Positions 51,019-55,568 of a stretch of 55,568 nucleotides of DNA are shown piece after piece (position 1 is the stretch's first letter; every line of letters starts with the position of its first letter). A model generated the notes under the pieces. The model was not told the origin of the DNA and searched no databases. It worked only from the letters and a program-made list of their open reading frames with translations. The DNA lies in assembly GCA_046758365.1 (NCBI GenBank), contig JBHIAC010000007.1:1-55568 (forward strand). The letters are read 5' to 3'. The position numbers and the translations under genes were made by a program. The DNA is from a bacterium (GTDB lineage: Bacteria; Zhuqueibacterota; Zhuqueibacteria; Oceanimicrobiales; Oceanimicrobiaceae).

Positions 51019-51840
51019 ATGGCTGAACAGAAGAATATTGGCTCAATAATTTGCCCAAATTGTGGGAAACTCATCAGTGCTAATTCCAACGAATGTATTC
51101 ACTGCGGCATGAAAAATCCAAACCTCTGGGGATTAACAGGCATTCTTAGGAAAATTTTTGGTGGACAAATGAGCTTTATTCCAATCATTTCTATAGTTTG
51201 TATTGTCTTGTATGTAATTAGCTTACTCATCGATCCTTCGGCAATATTTCAGCGCCAGGGTCTGTTAGGATTTTTGTCTCCATCTGGATACAGTCTTAAC
51301 CGATTAGGTATGACAGGGGCATTTGCAATGTCCAGAGGTCACTGGTGGACTTTGATTACGGCCATCTACCTGCACGGAGGAATCTTACATATTCTATTTA
51401 ATGTCCTTTGGATTCGACAATTAGGCCCAGTTGTTGAAGAATTTTTTGGTATTTCCCGCAGCTTTTTGATTTTTACTCTCTCAGGGGTTCTCGGTTTTAT
51501 AGTTTCAAATTATTTTGGCATTCCTTTTACAATTGGGGCTTCAGGTTCTATATTTGGCTTGTTAGGCGCTCTAGTTTATTATGGAAGAAAGCGAGGAGGA
51601 ACCTTTGGTACGGCCATTTATCGTCAAACTGGCCAGTGGGCCATTGTTCTTTTTATTCTCGGTTTTTTGATGCCAGCAATTAATAATTTTGCTCACGGCG
51701 GTGGTTTTATCGGAGGATATATTGCCGCAGCTCTTCTGGGATTCTCTGAAATAAAAAAAGAAACCCGAACCCACCATCTCCTTGCCTTCGGTATGATAGT
51801 CTTAACCATTCTGGCGTTTTTGTTGGCCATCTTTTCATGA
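51019..51840 (+). CDS. Rhomboid intramembrane serine protease with N-terminal zinc ribbon
   Basis: CPNC...CIHC; HGGILHILFN; GASG catalytic Ser; AHGGG catalytic His. Confidence 0.92.
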   Translation: MAEQKNIGSIICPNCGKLISANSNECIHCGMKNPNLWGLTGILRKIFGGQMSFIPIISIVCIVLYVISLLIDPSAIFQRQGLLGFLSPSGYSLNRLGMTGAFAMSRGHWWTLITAIYLHGGILHILFNVLWIRQLGPVVEEFFGISRSFLIFTLSGVLGFIVSNYFGIPFTIGASGSIFGLLGALVYYGRKRGGTFGTAIYRQTGQWAIVLFILGFLMPAINNFAHGGGFIGGYIAAALLGFSEIKKETRTHHLLAFGMIVLTILAFLLAIFS

Positions 51841-51902
51841 AATATTAACCCAGATTCGGAAAACTCAAACAGAAGTTAAAAACCTGACCAATTAATTAAA
51901 AA

Positions 51903-51996
51903 AGGTGATAGAGGTATAAGGGATAGGGAAATAAGGAATTTCATAGCATTTTCAATCACCCCCAAATTCCCTTATACTTTATACCCTTATACCTTG
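51903..51996. repeat. Inverted pair of degenerate short tandem arrays (GGTATAAG / CTTATACC)
   Basis: gaggtataagggatagggaaataagg ... cccttatactttatacccttatacctt between convergent genes. Confidence 0.65.
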
Positions 51997-52062
51997 TATT
52001 AACAAGCTTAAAAAATACCAAGACTCCTGTTGTTTGAATTCCATTCTTATAAGTTTTCCAAA

Positions 52063-52320
52063 TCAGGGATTAAATAATTCCCCTTGATTTGAGTTTATAG
52101 TGTGCCTAGTTTCAGACCTGAGTAATTCTACAAGCGCTTCCCGACTTACTTCTGCACGACTTGGGGACATCACCAATCTTAATTCCTTTTCCATCTGGGT
52201 AGCAAACCTGTCAAATTCTACTAAGCATACCTCCAACTCCGAGCGAGATTTAGTGCTCAATTGTCTAAGCCAAAAGTCTTTGTTAGCGTAAGGATCCCGA
52301 AATTTCCCATTGTTAGTCAT
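52063..52320 (-). CDS. Hypothetical protein (85 aa)
   Basis: GAGGAG RBS and its own predicted promoter; helical composition; no recognised family. Confidence 0.65.
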   Translation of the reverse strand: MTNNGKFRDPYANKDFWLRQLSTKSRSELEVCLVEFDRFATQMEKELRLVMSPSRAEVSREALVELLRSETRHTINSNQGELFNP

Positions 52321-52369
52321 TTTTATCTCCTCTTAAGATACAGAATAAGGTGGCAATAATTACACCTTT

Positions 52370-52398
52370 AATATAGTGAATTTAAGTGCACCTGTCAA
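52370..52398 (-). promoter_or_regulatory. Sigma70-type promoter for the 85-aa gene
   Basis: TTGACA (52398-52393), 17 bp, TATATT (52375-52370). Confidence 0.65.
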
Positions 52399-52551
52399 GA
52401 ATTTTTTTAATAATTTTCTACTTGCAGACAAACTTCTGGAGAATATTTTACCGTATCTACAAAATACAAGTAATTTTTTATTGATTGGGGTCTTTCTTTT
52501 TTCAAAATTATTACTTAATTTATAGTTAAACAACAAAAGGAGGCAAGGCTT

Positions 52552-53196
52552 ATGAATTTCGCCTGGCTCTGTTTATGTACTGTTTTACTCTTTGCCAATG
52601 GATGTAAGGCAGTAAAACACAAGGCCAATCAGAATGCGCCAGCCAATGAAGGGATTCACGAGCAGACTGAACAACCGGAAGCTATTTCTCTGTTTAGAGA
52701 GCCTCTTTATCGTCCATTCATGCCCCCAGAGAGAAAAAAAGAGCTTGAAGAGACCCTGGCACGAGCAAAAACAGAATACAACCAAAACCCGGACGACCCC
52801 GAACGTATCATCTGGCTTGGCCGACGGACGGCCTATCTCTGGCGCTATCGCGAGGCCATCGAGATTTATGCGAGAGGAATCGAGAATCACCCAAATTACG
52901 CCAAGCTCTATCGTCACCGGGGACACCGCTATATCACGCTCCGCGAGTTCGATAAAGCGATAGCTGATCTTGAGAAGGCTGTCATATTAATTCAGGGTGT
53001 TCCGGATGAGATTGAACCTGACGGTGCACCAAACAAGTTTAACATTCCCAGAAGTACCTCTCACTCAAATATCTGGTATCATTATAACGAACAGGTAGAT
53101 AAGGCAAAAGAGATCTTTCAGAAGGTGACGGCTGGAAATTATTGGGCAGCCTTTGGGTATATCGCGGCTGAAGCAGATCTGAAGCGGCTTCAGTGA
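52552..53196 (+). CDS. TPR lipoprotein, probably with an in-frame internal deletion
   Basis: Lipobox ANGC; IWLGRRTAYL, LYRHRGHRYI TPR; ends WAAFGYIAAEADL. A TPR helix starting NIWYH is not completed. Confidence 0.75.
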   Translation: MNFAWLCLCTVLLFANGCKAVKHKANQNAPANEGIHEQTEQPEAISLFREPLYRPFMPPERKKELEETLARAKTEYNQNPDDPERIIWLGRRTAYLWRYREAIEIYARGIENHPNYAKLYRHRGHRYITLREFDKAIADLEKAVILIQGVPDEIEPDGAPNKFNIPRSTSHSNIWYHYNEQVDKAKEIFQKVTAGNYWAAFGYIAAEADLKRLQ

Positions 53197-53308
53197 AGAA
53201 GTTCACCTTAGTGATTCATTTTGATTTTTGCACCTTGGGGATTACTTGTTAAGCAATGCAAGGAGGACTAAATAATCCCCAGCAAACAGGGAAAATTAAA
53301 AGGAGCTC

Positions 53309-54265
53309 ATGATGAAGTTTGTGTTTGCAATTTTAATTCATTTGGTATTTGGAATATTAATAATATTCTTTACAAAATTTTCTGCCTATGGTGAAGAAGG
53401 GTCTGAAAATGCACACTTCAACTATGCCGAAAATGGTACTAAAATAGTATTACTAGGTACTGGAACCCCGAATGCGGACCCAGACCGTTCAGGTCCGTCC
53501 GTGGCCATCGTGGTCAATAAGACTTCGTATATCATTGATTTTGGTCCAGGCGTAGTTCGACGCGCAGCCGCAGCCTATCGAGCGGGCATTAAGGGATTAG
53601 CTGTTCATAATCTCAAATGCGCCTTTGTGACACATTTGCACTCAGATCATACCGTGGGGTATCCAGACCTGATATTTACCCCCTGGGTGCTGGGAAGAGA
53701 TGAACCACTCGAGGTTTTCGGTCCTACGGGTATTAAAGCCATGACTGAACACATATTGAAAGCTTATAAAGAAGATATCAACATTCGCATCAATGGTTTG
53801 GAACCTGCTAACACCGAGGGTTACAAGGTGAATACCCACGAGATTGAACCAGGTCTCGTTTACCAAGATCAAAACGTTACGGTGAAGGCTTTCCTTGTAA
53901 CCCACGGTTCCTGGCCGCAAGCGTTTGGGTATCGATTTGACACCCCGGACCGAACCATCGTGATTTCGGGTGACACCGTACCCAGTGCAAGTATTGTTGA
54001 GAATTGCAATGGCTGCGATGTGCTGATACACGAAGTTTATTCTCAAGCAGCATTTGAGAACATACCACCCGTATGGCAACGGTATCATGCAAGCTTTCAC
54101 ACCTCGTCAGTCGAATTGGCAGAGGTAGCAGCCAAGGCTAAACCAGGCTTGCTCATTCTTTATCATCAATTGCTTTGGGGGTCAAAAGAAGAGGAGTTGC
54201 TGCAAGAGATTCGACAAATTTATGAAGGTAAGGTTGTATTTGGCAATGACTTAGAAATATATTAG
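53309..54265 (+). CDS. MBL-fold metallohydrolase (RNase Z/AtsA-like), exported
   Basis: LLGTGTP, THLHSDH, SGDT, LIHE, HT, LYH motifs; N-terminal signal/TM. Confidence 0.9.
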   Translation: MMKFVFAILIHLVFGILIIFFTKFSAYGEEGSENAHFNYAENGTKIVLLGTGTPNADPDRSGPSVAIVVNKTSYIIDFGPGVVRRAAAAYRAGIKGLAVHNLKCAFVTHLHSDHTVGYPDLIFTPWVLGRDEPLEVFGPTGIKAMTEHILKAYKEDINIRINGLEPANTEGYKVNTHEIEPGLVYQDQNVTVKAFLVTHGSWPQAFGYRFDTPDRTIVISGDTVPSASIVENCNGCDVLIHEVYSQAAFENIPPVWQRYHASFHTSSVELAEVAAKAKPGLLILYHQLLWGSKEEELLQEIRQIYEGKVVFGNDLEIY

Positions 54266-54284
54266 AGGAGAAGGAGAGATTGGT

Positions 54285-55217
54285 ATGACTATCTATGATA
54301 CTATCATTGTAGGCGGAGGACCAGCGGGTCTCAGTGCCGCCATTCATCTGGCTTGGCATGATCGTAGTGTGCTGGTGATCGACCGAAAGACTGGACCTCT
54401 TTTCTTCACATTGGAAAAGCTTTACAATGTCCCTGGGATGCCTGCCATTCGAGGAATTGATCTTCAAAAACGGTTGAAGGCACAGGCTGAAGACTTAGGT
54501 GCCGTGGTGCAAAGCGGAAATGTAATCTCTGCCCAAGGGAAAGAAGGGGCATTTAAGCTGAAGGGTGAAAATGGCGAAATTTGGGAAGCAAAAACGTTGT
54601 TGCTGGCTACCGGTGTTGCCCGTTATCATCCGACTGTGGATGGAGATTTCAGACCCTGCTTTGCTTACGCGGGCAAAGGCAACATGTTTTACTGTCCGGA
54701 CTGCGAGGCGCCCCTTATCACCAATAAGGAGACCATTGTCATTGGTGCTGGACCGGCTGACTGGGCTGCGGGAATGGCAGTTGGACTCAGTCGATATAAC
54801 AACAAGCTGAGGGTTCTGTTGACCAAGGATACGGAACTGTCCGCACATCGTTCAGAGCAATTGAAAGCCAGAGGAATCGAGGTCATTGTTGGCGCAATAA
54901 CAAAATTGATAGGCAAGAAAGGTGTTCTTTCCGGCCTCCTTCTTCAGGATGGAACCGAGCTATCCGCCGAAGCATTTTTTGTTTCGAGTCCGGCCAGAGG
55001 ACGTACGGATCTTGCCCAGCAGCTCGGAGTTGAAATGGCGCCCACAGGCAATCATGCACAGCCAAAATCCCAGCGTGGCAATACCAACGTGCCCGGCGTA
55101 TGGATTGCTGGAGATTTGCGCCCCATGACCCAACAGGTGTCCGTAGCCATGGGAACGGGTAATATCGCGGCAGTGATGATTGATCAATACTTAAGGAAGA
55201 AGGAAGTGAGTCCTTAG
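54285..55217 (+). CDS. Thioredoxin-reductase-like NAD(P)/FAD oxidoreductase
   Basis: VGGGPAGLSAA, LLATG, YCPDCE, TNVPGVWIAGD. Confidence 0.88.
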   Translation: MTIYDTIIVGGGPAGLSAAIHLAWHDRSVLVIDRKTGPLFFTLEKLYNVPGMPAIRGIDLQKRLKAQAEDLGAVVQSGNVISAQGKEGAFKLKGENGEIWEAKTLLLATGVARYHPTVDGDFRPCFAYAGKGNMFYCPDCEAPLITNKETIVIGAGPADWAAGMAVGLSRYNNKLRVLLTKDTELSAHRSEQLKARGIEVIVGAITKLIGKKGVLSGLLLQDGTELSAEAFFVSSPARGRTDLAQQLGVEMAPTGNHAQPKSQRGNTNVPGVWIAGDLRPMTQQVSVAMGTGNIAAVMIDQYLRKKEVSP

Positions 55218-55232
55218 CGCACTAAAGTGCAG

Positions 55233-55452
55233 GTGAATAGTGAAAAGTAAATAGTGAATAGTCCCAACCCAACTACTTTTTATGAGATTATTAAGACTTT
55301 TGCAAAAAAAGCGAAGATTCAACTCTCAACAGACTAGCGCGGCGGAGCCGCAATTGCAAATTGCAAAATGAAAAATGCAAATAAATTTATTAGACAAAAT
55401 AATTGACGACAAAATCATTCATAATTATTTTGTCTTTAATCATTTTGTCTTT
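55233..55452. repeat. Cluster of short degenerate tandem/inverted repeats
   Basis: GTGAATA-type 7-mers (55233-55262); cggcGGAgccg hairpin (55338-55355); TTGCAAA-type 7-mers; GACAAAAT x2 ... ATTTTGTC x2. Confidence 0.65.
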
Positions 55453-55568
55453 AAGGGTTCTGGCTAGTTCGATTATTCAGATAAAAAGACTTTGCTAAAA
55501 AAACAACGTGTTGCAGATTTGTAGTGCAGAGAATCTCAGAGTTCACTAAGAACAAATTAGTGAATGCT

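Noticed and set aside
631..55187. Numerous antisense or alternate-frame ORFs in the track (e.g. 631-1245, 1703-2362, 8428-8919, 39019-39546, 53642-54100)
   Set aside because: They are shadows of well-supported genes and carry no motifs.
1..55568. tRNA, rRNA, riboswitch, CRISPR array, intact integrase or transposase
   Set aside because: None recognised by eye; a tRNAscan-SE/Rfam scan would be needed to exclude small RNAs.

Overview
A 55.6 kb AT-rich bacterial chromosomal segment. The gene repertoire suggests an FCB-superphylum organism such as KSB1, Calditrichota or Ignavibacteria (inference only). (1) 1-4.6 kb is a decayed accessory patch: 5' end of a PLD-nuclease/helicase-type gene, a DRG/TGS GTPase, a SAM methyltransferase and several pseudogenes. 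It also holds two ~91% identical copies of a 200-bp non-coding promoter+hairpin unit, each ending in GTTAG just before a different gene (integron att-like). (2) sdhCAB and a Tat-exported Ntn-hydrolase. (3) A ~24 kb envelope glycosylation/decoration cluster: TPR, DUF4292-like, GT2/GT4/GT-C enzymes, HddA-like kinase, methyltransferases, a non-canonical sulfatase-like protein with a small RHH partner, an NTP-transferase + CDP-alcohol transferase pair, YfhO, Wzx and a sulfotransferase. (4) An ECF sigma/anti-sigma/Spy-like operon with a collapsed MacB-type remnant. (5) Toxin-antitoxin relics, thrC, glpD, a peptidase-MA/TolB/Omp85 fusion, two CBS proteins + korAB, MNT + collapsed HEPN, rhomboid, TPR, MBL hydrolase and a TrxB-like oxidoreductase. 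About ten genes appear frameshifted or internally deleted, including all three TA toxins. No rRNA, tRNA, CRISPR array or intact transposase/integrase was seen. All family calls come from motif recognition, not database searches.
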